A stretch of 64,000 bases of DNA from Chitinivibrionales bacterium (GTDB lineage Bacteria > Fibrobacterota > Chitinivibrionia > Chitinivibrionales > FEN-1185), in NCBI GenBank assembly GCA_035516255.1, contig DATJAL010000027.1, positions 65,312 to 129,311 on the forward strand. Reading direction: 5' to 3'. Shown one piece after another: positions 32,692-45,692 of this stretch. The notes beneath the pieces are model-generated. The model did not search any database and was not told where the DNA came from. It saw nothing but the letters and a program-made list of their open reading frames with translations. The translations under genes were made by a program, and so were the position numbers. Every line of letters begins with the position of its first letter. The stretch's first letter is position 1.

Positions 32692-32980
32692 CCCGTGTCG
32701 ATTTATTAATTTGATGGGGACGCCACTTCGTGGTTTCCCCCGGCTCCCGGCTTCCGCCGCCCTCTTGACAAGAAGAAAAACCGGGAAGGCGGCGGCGATC
32801 CGGGGGCACGCCCTTTCCTGCAAAGGGGCGCGTGGGTTCGCTCGCACCAAAGCTCGCGATGCGTCGCCCCTTCGCGACGCATCCACAGCGGAAAGTCCCC
32901 CTCTGCCTGGGCATCCCCTTGATAAGGGGGAGAAAAAAACGCGGTAACATTACCTTTGCCCGCGCGTCAGGCAGGACTGG
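32683..32980. repeat. Left-half copy of the long mosaic repeat
   Basis: Collinear with 3190-3476 (GGGGACrCCACTTCGTGGTTTCCCC, CCGCCGCC hairpin, CCCTTTCCTGCAAAGGGG, GATGCGTCGC-cccttc-GCGACGCATC, CTTGATAAGGGGG, GCCCGCGCG.CAGGCAGGACTGG), then ends. Its start overlaps the phosphatase stop codon. Confidence 0.65.
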
Positions 32981-33035
32981 AAAAAGATAAGTGCGGTGCA
33001 CACTGCTTAAGCATGATGCATTTTTAGAGCTTAAA

Positions 33036-33686
33036 ATGAAATTCTTTACACGGAGAGAACTCCTTGTTCCCACCCTGTGGGGATGGTGCGCCATCGCACT
33101 GCTCGCGGCCGCCGGGTGCTTTGCGTTTGTGTTTTCCATTCATCCGTTTCTCTCGCCGGTGCGCCCCGGACGATCGGATGTTCTTGTTGTTGAGGGATGG
33201 GTGCCCGACTACGCGCTGCAGCTTGCCGCGAAGGATTTCCTCAACAGGAACTGCCGCCTGCTTGTGGTCACCGGAGGCCCGCCTGAAACCGGATTCTTTT
33301 TAACCGGCTATTCTTCCTTCGCGCATATCTGTTCGGCCACCCTGAAGAAAATGGGCGTCGACAGTTCCAAAATAATCGCAGTTCCTTCGGTATTTGTCCA
33401 GAAAGACCGCACCTACGAGGAAGGGGTGGCGGTCAAGAAATGGCTGTCGCAGTCCGCGCCCGGGGTAAAATCAATCACCCTGTATTCCCTGGGGTGCCAT
33501 TCGCGGCGTTCGCAGCTGCTCTTTCAAAAAGCGCTGGGAAAAGGCTGCTCCGTTGGGATCGTGGCATGCCCGAGCCGCGATTACGACGCCGGAAAGTGGT
33601 GGCATTACAGCAACGGCATCAGGGCCGTGGCCGATGAGACGCTGGCCTATTGCTACGCGCTGCTCTTTTACGCGTTCGGGTCGTAA
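33036..33686 (+). CDS. DUF218 (YdcF/ElyC/SanA-like) family membrane-anchored protein
   Basis: Internal ATG of track ORF 32991..33686 (GTG start lying inside the repeat). N-terminal TM WGWCAIALLAAAGCFAFVF, then DVLVVEGWVPDYALQ...LLVVTGGPPE. Confidence 0.6.
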   Translation: MKFFTRRELLVPTLWGWCAIALLAAAGCFAFVFSIHPFLSPVRPGRSDVLVVEGWVPDYALQLAAKDFLNRNCRLLVVTGGPPETGFFLTGYSSFAHICSATLKKMGVDSSKIIAVPSVFVQKDRTYEEGVAVKKWLSQSAPGVKSITLYSLGCHSRRSQLLFQKALGKGCSVGIVACPSRDYDAGKWWHYSNGIRAVADETLAYCYALLFYAFGS

Positions 33687-33820
33687 GCACAGGCATGATT
33701 GGTCATCCTCCATTCCGATTTCCTTTACTCCGGCCTTGAAAAACCGCTCCCGAAGTAGTACAATTTGGAATCATTATATAGTATTGTATTTCATTTTTAT
33801 CATTATATCAGCTTCACCTG

Positions 33821-36013
33821 ATGAGCAATTCCACCTCCATCAAAACCAAGAACGGCCCGGACGTCGAGCACGCCGGTCTCATGGATATTCTCCGCAGAAT
33901 ATCGCATTTTGTCACCCGCAGCAGCCCGAGCAAGAACCTGGAGGAATGGCTTTTTCCCTGGGTGCAGATCCTTTGCGGCTGCGCCGCCCTTTTAGCGTTT
34001 GTCGAGAATGCCCTGCTCAAGTTTAATATGGTCCTCCAGATCGGCACCCTGCTTGCCGCGCTCCTGTTCGCCCTGTTCTGGTACCTGTCCTGGCGCGGCG
34101 TTTCGTACACGAAACTGGTGTACCCGGCAACCGGCACGCTGGTCGCCCTCCTTTCGGTGGTGTGGATTTTCAACGCGGGAAGCCGCGGCGGCACGCAGCT
34201 GTTCCTTCTCATCTGCCCCCTTATTTTTCTCGTGTTCGCCAGCGGCGTGGGGCGCATTCTCACCCTGGGCATGTACCTCATCGACGTGGTGCTGCTCATG
34301 ATCCTGGAGTTCACCAATCCCGAGATCATCGTTGGATATTCTTCAGAGCTCGAACGCATGGCCGACGTCTCGACCTCGTTTTTCATGGCGCTGGCGCTTG
34401 CCGTGATCTTCACGCTCGTGCTCCACCGCGGGTACCGCAACGCCATGGCAAAGGCCGACGCCGAGAAACGCGCCAGCGACGCGCGTTTTTTTGAGACGGC
34501 CGACATGCTACCGGTGGGCATCTGCGAAGCGGACCGCGACCTGGTCATTTCGTTCTTCAACCGGTCGGGATACGAACTGACCGGTTTCACCCAGGGCGAG
34601 TTCGACCGCGAGCATACCGTGCTCGACCTGCTTCATCCCGACGACCGGCAGCAGGCGAAAAGCGATTTTAGCGCGATCCTTGCCGGAAGCCACCTTCCGC
34701 TGCACGACTTCAGGATCGTGCGCAAGGACGGCAAGACGCTCAGGGTGCTTCTCCAGTGCGACCAGGTGCACGCGGAAGGTAAAATCACGGGCATGCGCAT
34801 GTGCATGATTGACGTAACGGAAAAGAAGGCCCTCGAGGAGCAGTACCGGCAGTCGCAGAAAATGGAGTCGGTGGGCCTGCTCGCGGGCGGCGTGGCGCAC
34901 GATTTCAACAACATCCTGTCCGCGGTCATGGGATACGCGAGCCTCATCAGGCTCGAAAACCGCGAAAAAGGCGGCGCGGCCAGCGATCCGAAGGTCGAGG
35001 AACAGGCCACCGCGATCCTCAATGCCGGCGACCGCGCCACCGACCTCGTGCGCAAGCTGCTGGCGTTCTCGCGGCAGGGCGCCTACGAGGTGAAGCCGCT
35101 CAACATCCACACCCTCATCGACGACGTCGCGGCGCTCCTGTCGCACAGCATCGACAAGCGCATCGTGATCGCCAAGAACCTCACCGCGCTCAACCCGGTG
35201 ATCCAGGGCGACCAGTCGCTTTTGCAAAGCGCGTTCCTCAACCTCGCCATCAACGCGCGCGACGCCATGCCCGACGGCGGCACGCTCACCTTTTCCACCG
35301 CCTGCGTCTCGATCGACAAGGTGTTCGCGGCAAAACGCCCCTACACCATCGTGCCGGGCCAGTACGTTTCGGTCTCCGTGTCCGACACGGGCACGGGCAT
35401 GGACGCAAATGTCAAGGCACACCTGTTCGAGCCGTTCTTCACCACCAAGGAGCCGGGCAAGGGAACGGGCCTCGGGCTCGCGAGCGTGTTCGGGACCGTG
35501 AAGCGCCACGGCGGGTTCATCGAGGCGGAGTCGACGGTCGCCAAGGGCACCGCCATGACGCTCTGGCTGCCGCAGGCGGCGAGCCCCGCGCCCGCCGAAA
35601 AGGCGCCGGCCGTGTCGAAAAAAAAGGGCCGCCTCCTGCACGTGATGGTCGTCGACGACGAGCCCATGATATGCGAGTTTGTCAAGGAATTCCTGTCCGG
35701 CGAAGGGCACACCACCACCTCGTTCACCAACCCCAAGAAGGCCGTGGAGTGGTACCGCCAGAACTACGGGAATGTCGACTGCATCGTGCTCGACATGAAC
35801 ATGCCCATCATGGACGGCAGGGCCTGCTTCTCTGCCCTGCGCGCCGTCAATCCCGATGCGCGCGCCATTTTCTCCACCGGGTTCATGGTGGGCGACACGG
35901 CCTCGATCATCAGGATGCCGGGGATACGGGGGTATATCCAGAAACCGTTTACATTGGAGAGGCTGGTGGCCGCGGTAAGCCAGGCTGTTGAAGGCGCCCC
36001 AAGTAAGAAGTAA
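33821..36013 (+). CDS. Hybrid sensor histidine kinase/response regulator (multi-TM N-terminus, PAS, HisKA, HATPase_c, REC)
   Basis: 730 aa. H-box GGVAHDFNNILSAVMGY, N-box LNLAINARDAM, G-boxes DTGTGMD and GKGTGLGLASV. C-terminal receiver HVMVVDDEP...IVLDMNMPIMDG. Confidence 0.92.
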   Translation: MSNSTSIKTKNGPDVEHAGLMDILRRISHFVTRSSPSKNLEEWLFPWVQILCGCAALLAFVENALLKFNMVLQIGTLLAALLFALFWYLSWRGVSYTKLVYPATGTLVALLSVVWIFNAGSRGGTQLFLLICPLIFLVFASGVGRILTLGMYLIDVVLLMILEFTNPEIIVGYSSELERMADVSTSFFMALALAVIFTLVLHRGYRNAMAKADAEKRASDARFFETADMLPVGICEADRDLVISFFNRSGYELTGFTQGEFDREHTVLDLLHPDDRQQAKSDFSAILAGSHLPLHDFRIVRKDGKTLRVLLQCDQVHAEGKITGMRMCMIDVTEKKALEEQYRQSQKMESVGLLAGGVAHDFNNILSAVMGYASLIRLENREKGGAASDPKVEEQATAILNAGDRATDLVRKLLAFSRQGAYEVKPLNIHTLIDDVAALLSHSIDKRIVIAKNLTALNPVIQGDQSLLQSAFLNLAINARDAMPDGGTLTFSTACVSIDKVFAAKRPYTIVPGQYVSVSVSDTGTGMDANVKAHLFEPFFTTKEPGKGTGLGLASVFGTVKRHGGFIEAESTVAKGTAMTLWLPQAASPAPAEKAPAVSKKKGRLLHVMVVDDEPMICEFVKEFLSGEGHTTTSFTNPKKAVEWYRQNYGNVDCIVLDMNMPIMDGRACFSALRAVNPDARAIFSTGFMVGDTASIIRMPGIRGYIQKPFTLERLVAAVSQAVEGAPSKK

Positions 36014-36044
36014 ATAATCCAAGTTTATAAAATAAAATCATCTC

Positions 36045-36536
36045 GTGGGGAAAGTTTCCCCCTCGCTCCGGCCAGGTCGCGCTCCACCATTTTTCAACAG
36101 ATTCGTACCCGTTAAGCACGCCCGGTCCTACGCTACCCCCTCCTGGGTGCGGCCGGGTACCGGCGTCCGCAAGCCCGAACCTCCCGCTGGGCGCACCCTT
36201 GAAGCGACCGATTACCAAGGCGAACTTTCATTTTAGTTATTGAAACCGCCACGAAGTGGCTGCATAGTTATAGCCCGGGGCACCGCCCCGGGTTGAACCG
36301 GAGAATATAAGCGTCCCCCTCTCCTGCGGGAGAGAGGCGGCCCGCAGGGCCGGGGTGAGGTTATCCTATTAATCAATACTTGGTCGGCGCCATTGTGCTA
36401 GTTGACAGGCTTGAATTTTGCCGCCGCGTCGGCGGCTTCGCGCGGCAGCCCGAGGGCGGGCCCGAGACCGGAAGGACGGCCGACCCCATAATAAAGGCTG
36501 GATCGTGTGACCCAGCCTTTATTATGGGGGAACGCC
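36045..36536. repeat. Long mosaic repeat region ending in a reverse core copy
   Basis: Modules GGGGAAAGTTTCCCC, GAAACCGCCACGAAGTGGC and the GGGGTGAGG repeat (36313-36362). The core (36420-36536) contains GGCAGCCCGAGG..GACCGGAAGGACGGCCGA, a perfect 18-bp hairpin (36484-36529) and GAACGCC. It lies 23 nt beyond the stop of the 36559 minus-strand gene. Confidence 0.65.
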
Positions 36537-36558
36537 ATGGCTTTCTATTTTAAATTTA

Positions 36559-41031
<4,473 letters not shown>

Positions 41032-41284
41032 GGGAGCACAATACTTTCCAAAACCATTTTGACCCGACTTGTTCTTAAAAATTCACCGCAGAGACGCGGA
41101 GAGCGCAAAGAACACAAGACAGAGAGAACATGAATAGTTTAACGTTGGAAGTTGAAGGTTTGAGGCCGATTATTTGTTTTCTTACTTTCAACGCTCAACC
41201 TCCAACTTCCAACTTTGTTTCAATTTCTCCGCGTCCTCGGCGCCTTTGCAAGGATGTTTTCTACAACTTAATGAATAATCCTTC

Positions 41285-42436
41285 TCAAAACGAAAGCGAT
41301 ACCACGAACCCGATCCCCAACGCGCCGGCAAGCCCGTAACAGATATATTCGGCAAGCTGGAACGCGTTCGCGTTGTCGGTGTTCTGCTTGATCTGCGAAG
41401 AATAATACGGATACTGCGTATTGTCGGCCAGCTTGGCATAATCGCTTTTAAGGCCGTTTGCCTTTTTGACCTGCTCCTGCACCAGAAAATCCATGTAAAC
41501 GCCGGCCGCCACGGAAACCAGCGAAAGCGCGCCGAACGTGATCTTGACCGCGGGGCTTTTCTTCCGCTGCTTCTCTTTTTCAGCCTTCACCACAGGCTTG
41601 ACAGATGCAATTCTCCGCAGCGAGTCGCGCCGCGCCGCGGCCACCGAATCGCGCCACGTCACCGTGTGCTCAAGCGTGAATTCCCTTTTTTCAACCTTTC
41701 CCTCGGCAATGACCACCGAATCGTCGACGAACTTGTACGAAGGCATGTCGAGCCTGAGATGATACGGCCCGGCCTCGAGTTTCTCGGTCGCAAACGGCGT
41801 TTCGCCGGCTGCAGAACCATTGATGATCACCTGCGCGCCGCTCGGAACGCTCGCAACGCTGAGCCCGCCAAAATGCTTGACAGGAGGAGGAGGCGGCGGC
41901 GGTGCTGCGGGCTCAGCAGGCTGCTCCGCCGGGGCCGCGATCTGGGCAGTGTCCTGCGACGGATTGGTAATGTGCCGCGCGATCTTCTTCGCGACCACCG
42001 GTATCGAGCCGGTAATCACCTTTTCAATCGGGCATTCGCAGTCCACGCTCTCGGAATACACGATTTTCCCGGACGACACCTCGAACATCCGGATGTCGAG
42101 CGTGTACAACTTTTCGAGCTTGCCGATGGTGCCGCTGATCATGTGCGACACGCCGAGCAACTGCCCCACCTGCACGATGCACGAGTCGGCCGAACACGCC
42201 GTCTGCTGAAACCCCTGCTCCTTGAGAATGTCCTGCATCACCCCGCGCTCAAGCACCGTGATCGAACCGGTCTTGAAAAGCTCGGTGCGCAACCGGTCCG
42301 AAAGTATGGCCGCCGTGGACTGGTCAATGCCCTGGCCCACAAGGTCGGTCACGGCAATGGTGTATTTGTTGGACTCGGCAAGCAGGGTCACGGTCAGGAG
42401 GCCGGTAAATAAAGTGAATGCGGCTGTTTTGTTCAA
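41285..42436 (-). CDS. CsgG/LpoB-like periplasmic protein with PEGA domain and C-terminal TM helices (paralog of 6429..7151)
   Basis: 383 aa with a TTG start (no nearby ATG). ILSDRLRTELFKTGSITVLERGVMQDILKEQGFQQTACS...LYTLDIRMFEVSSGKI aligns with the 6429 product. A PPPPPPP linker follows. PEGA-like LSVASVPSGAQVIINGSAAGETPF...GPYHLRLDMPSY. Confidence 0.75.
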   Translation of the reverse strand: MNKTAAFTLFTGLLTVTLLAESNKYTIAVTDLVGQGIDQSTAAILSDRLRTELFKTGSITVLERGVMQDILKEQGFQQTACSADSCIVQVGQLLGVSHMISGTIGKLEKLYTLDIRMFEVSSGKIVYSESVDCECPIEKVITGSIPVVAKKIARHITNPSQDTAQIAAPAEQPAEPAAPPPPPPPVKHFGGLSVASVPSGAQVIINGSAAGETPFATEKLEAGPYHLRLDMPSYKFVDDSVVIAEGKVEKREFTLEHTVTWRDSVAAARRDSLRRIASVKPVVKAEKEKQRKKSPAVKITFGALSLVSVAAGVYMDFLVQEQVKKANGLKSDYAKLADNTQYPYYSSQIKQNTDNANAFQLAEYICYGLAGALGIGFVVSLSF

Positions 42437-42566
42437 AGCGGTTCCCGGTAAAGAATGATAATGGATTTTTTGATACTTAATGATACCACGATGTTACAAA
42501 AAAAAGAAGAGAAAAATGACGCATTGACCTGTGGATATGGGGGTTACGACGGCGAAATGGATTTCG

Positions 42567-42595
42567 TTGACATTGGGGAGGAGGGATGGTATAAT
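42567..42595 (+). promoter_or_regulatory. Perfect consensus sigma70 promoter (extended -10) with no downstream ORF
   Basis: TTGACA (42567-42572), exactly 17 nt spacer ending TGg, TATAAT (42590-42595). The next ~530 nt on the + strand have no credible ORF and include a diverged repeat copy (42763-43024). Confidence 0.45.
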
Positions 42596-42762
42596 GTGGG
42601 GATTTGTTGATTTGATGGGAAAAGGGCAGGTCGGCAGGACGGATTGAGGGCGGTGAAATGCGACAACATTTAATAAGAAAAGCATACAGCGTAGCATTTT
42701 GACATGTAGGATATACTTTGGGGACGAAATGATAGGTCAAAAAGGATATCATGCGCCTAATT

Positions 42763-43024
42763 GGGCGTCATGCCCGGGCGGGAAGACAATTTGCACGGGT
42801 AATTTAGGGTTAAGAAAACGAAAATGCAAATACAAATTCAAGATATGGAAGGGCCTCACCGGCCCTTAGACCCGGCAAGGAAAATGCGATTGTATCGCCC
42901 TCCAAGCCTCCCCCGGGGAGGATGTTAGCTGCCGATTCCAAACAAGGTCTCATCCGCATACCGAAACTAGCAGGTTTGTGCCCAGGGCCTTTCTGTCAGC
43001 AAGGCCTCCGGTCCTGCCTAACAG
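42763..43024 (+). repeat. Diverged member of the core repeat family with different internal cargo
   Basis: Begins TTGGGCGTCATGCCCGGGCGG and ends GGCCTCCGGTCCTGCCTAACAGG, the same termini as the 5138, 16095 and 48126 copies. The internal sequence is unrelated and AT-richer. Confidence 0.45.
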
Positions 43025-43130
43025 GCTGTTGAAAAAATCATCGTTTATTACGCCAACCGCACATCAAGCACGCTTTTTTACCGTCTTCAGTGCCGCTTCC
43101 CGAGGCAGGAGGAATCGCCGCTGCAAGACG

Positions 43131-43164
43131 GAAAAATAGAAAAGCCCCACAAACGGATGGGGCT
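43131..43164 (-). terminator. Rho-independent terminator of the 43191..43493 gene
   Basis: Minus-strand RNA reads AGCCCCA-uccguuug-UGGGGCU followed by UUUUCUAUUUUUC, 27 nt after the stop. Confidence 0.6.
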
Positions 43165-43190
43165 TCCTGCGTCGGCGAAAAATTGTACGA

Positions 43191-43493
43191 CTAATTAGCG
43201 ACCTGTATTCCTATCACGTTATTTGAAGCGTCGTAATTTACGCACACGTTGAATCCTGCCGTCTTCGCCATGATCAGCAAAGCAATCAGCTGATTCTGCA
43301 GCGTGGTATTCGTGGTGGAAATGATATACGTATCAGAGCAACCCGACAACCCGAAACAAAAATCATTTGAATTGGCATTCTGATACACCCAATTTACGGT
43401 CCCGGTATACAGATTATTAGAGCCGCATGCCGCAAAGGAACCGGAAAAAGCCAGAATGACCCCGACCATTGCACAAAGAAGAATACGTTTCAT
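43191..43493 (-). CDS. Hypothetical small secreted protein (100 aa, 4 Cys in the mature part)
   Basis: GGAGG 7 nt upstream of the ATG. Signal MKRILLCAMVGVILAFSGSFAAC. Low-GC gene with its own terminator. Confidence 0.65.
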   Translation of the reverse strand: MKRILLCAMVGVILAFSGSFAACGSNNLYTGTVNWVYQNANSNDFCFGLSGCSDTYIISTTNTTLQNQLIALLIMAKTAGFNVCVNYDASNNVIGIQVAN

Positions 43494-43598
43494 AAAAAAC
43501 CTCCATCTTGTTTAAGGTGAAAAAATAACGGTTCCGATTTTCAATCAATAATCATGGTTTCCTTTTGTCTTAATATTTGTTTTAGCTGTCTTTCCATT

Positions 43599-45320
43599 CT
43601 ATTTCAAAAGCAGATCGGCATAGGGGGCCGTGCCGGGGTACGCGTGGATATAATTTGGTTTATTGACGGTAATTTGCCAGCCCGTTCCGCATCCGGCGTC
43701 GCTTGCATATAAGGCGACGGTATACTTGCCGGCTTTCGCATACTTATGCGTGAATGTCACGACATTCGGCGGCGTCTGCGTGTCTTGTCCGGTCACGATG
43801 ACGCCATCGCCAAAATCCCACTTTAAACAAGGAAGCTTTCCCTTCCAAATAGGATCGACGCTTGACAACAGATTATTCGTCAGATTAAAGGTGACGGTAA
43901 ATGGAATTGTTCCGGAAACTTTCGTAGCGTAGAAATCGACGGTATAATAATTATTGATGGCACAGGTAGTGTAGCAATTAACGGCCCCCGGGACCCCGAT
44001 CGCGCTTTGAACACAGGTGAGCCATTTGTAATTACCTCCCCACCCGTAATTGCAGTACAATTTTATTGACGAGGCATAGGACGCGATTTGCTGGCCGAGA
44101 ATATAAACCGTCTTGTTGCATCGTAAATATTGCTCGGCGACAATATAGTGGTCCGGAATTCCTCCCGGAGCGCCAAAAGCGGTTGACCAGAAATTGTCGT
44201 CCGTGCCGATAATGACGGGCTGATCGTTGCTTATATTTGATTTTATCTCATCAAGATTGGTCGGGGCGGTATTATTCGTGCATGTTACTTCGTATCCCAA
44301 ATTTTGCGCGTACCAGACTCCTTCTCCCATATTAAACGGCAGTGTTGCGCTTGAATTCCCGATTTCAAACGTTCCCATATTGCCGGAACAAATATCCATG
44401 CAATTATAGACGGGCTGATCGAGGGCGGGGATTGTGGTGGGAGAACCGGAACAGGTATTATTCTCCATACAATAATCCCCATTGAGATTTGCAAGGCCCG
44501 GAAAGAGCTTGTCCTTTCCTTTAAATTGCTTCCAGTAACCGTACACAATTGCCCACGCCACCGGCCCGCACCCGTTGAATGCGCCATCGCTCTTATTATA
44601 TTGGTTCCACGGCGGAGTCTGGATATTTGCCAAAGTAGGGTGCGTGTTATTGCAAGGGGGGTATCCGGAACAGGAGTAACTGCTTTTCAATTGGCAAAAA
44701 TCCGTGGTGGCGGCCGCAATTTTCCCTAAAACGGTTTTAGTGCTGTCGCTGTAGTATTGTTTGATAAAGGAAGGCGGATAATTAGGTTGGCACCCGGCCT
44801 TTTGGGAAGCTGCCCGGAAGTTTGTGATGGCCGAAGTGGCTGCGGCAGCCGCGGTTTTTGCCAAGCCTTGTTGGTTGGGATTGGGAAATCCCATGGTAGC
44901 AAGCACGTTTTTGCTGGTCGGATCTAAAGCCGCCGAGCACACATCGTTGTAACGACAAACGATAAAGTTCGTGCTTCCAAGCATTGCTTGAAATTGTTCG
45001 TACAGCGTCTTCCCTATCGTAGCACTTTCAACAATAATGACGTCGGTTTGATTTACATTGACCAGTACATAACCCGCATCGACCCCATTAGTCGTTGCCT
45101 TGCATTCGTAGTATGAGATACCTGTTATGCCGTCTATGTAAATCGGATAGGCCGTGGCTATTTGCGTTTGAGACGTCCATCTGCCGCAGGTGGACACTTT
45201 TACGGTATTCTGGATTTCCTGCTGGGCAATTTGCATGGCGTCCTGTTGTGACAGCGTGGCATGGGCAAGGAATGCCAGGCCGCATACGGTAAGAGCGGAT
45301 TTCCAAATTGATGGTCTCAT
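43599..45320 (-). CDS. Secreted putative cysteine peptidase (C10/streptopain-like motifs) with C-terminal PKD domain
   Basis: ATG 45320 has GAGGAG upstream and gives signal MRPSIWKSALTVCGLAFLAHA. PPWNQYNKSDGAFNGCGPVAWAIVYGYW resembles the C10 catalytic-Cys region. IPDHYIVAEQY and YCNYGWGGNYKWL resemble the His and NWGWGG regions. PKD: PFTVTFNLTN...WDFGDG...FTHKYAKAGKYTVALYASD. Peptidase family is by eye only. Confidence 0.6.
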   Translation of the reverse strand: MRPSIWKSALTVCGLAFLAHATLSQQDAMQIAQQEIQNTVKVSTCGRWTSQTQIATAYPIYIDGITGISYYECKATTNGVDAGYVLVNVNQTDVIIVESATIGKTLYEQFQAMLGSTNFIVCRYNDVCSAALDPTSKNVLATMGFPNPNQQGLAKTAAAAATSAITNFRAASQKAGCQPNYPPSFIKQYYSDSTKTVLGKIAAATTDFCQLKSSYSCSGYPPCNNTHPTLANIQTPPWNQYNKSDGAFNGCGPVAWAIVYGYWKQFKGKDKLFPGLANLNGDYCMENNTCSGSPTTIPALDQPVYNCMDICSGNMGTFEIGNSSATLPFNMGEGVWYAQNLGYEVTCTNNTAPTNLDEIKSNISNDQPVIIGTDDNFWSTAFGAPGGIPDHYIVAEQYLRCNKTVYILGQQIASYASSIKLYCNYGWGGNYKWLTCVQSAIGVPGAVNCYTTCAINNYYTVDFYATKVSGTIPFTVTFNLTNNLLSSVDPIWKGKLPCLKWDFGDGVIVTGQDTQTPPNVVTFTHKYAKAGKYTVALYASDAGCGTGWQITVNKPNYIHAYPGTAPYADLLLK

Positions 45321-45528
45321 ATTGCTCCTCTGATGGATAAGGGTTTTATGAAGAATGGATTTGTTGAAAAAACTTCTCTTTGCAAATTCATGTATCTGTC
45401 TTTTTTCACACAACAATTTTTTTATACCTTTGTCAACCTCTTTTAAAATACTAATGGTTTTAAAAGCAAGATGTGATGGCTGTCACATTTGCAAAAAAAA
45501 TAAAAAACACAGCCGGGCCCACATAGGT

Positions 45529-45656
45529 TAGGCGTTCCGCGGCTTCGCCGCGGCGGCAGTTCTTACTGAAGCACAATCAATTTGCGGGGGGAAGCCCAGC
45601 AGGTCTCGTGGCCACATCAATAATCATGGCGCCTGCGGTCACGGCACCGGTTCTCA
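45529..45656 (+). repeat. Short mosaic repeat (core 5' end plus GGCGCCTGCGGTCACGGCACCGG module)
   Basis: TTAGGCGTTCCGCGGCTTCGCCGCGG...GCGGGGGGAAGCCC...ATCATGGCGCCTGCGGTCACGGCACCGGTTCTC. The last module matches 3150-3178 and 48170-48196. Confidence 0.6.
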
Positions 45657-45692
45657 TTAATCAACTCTAAGATTTTTAGATCGAACTTGATT

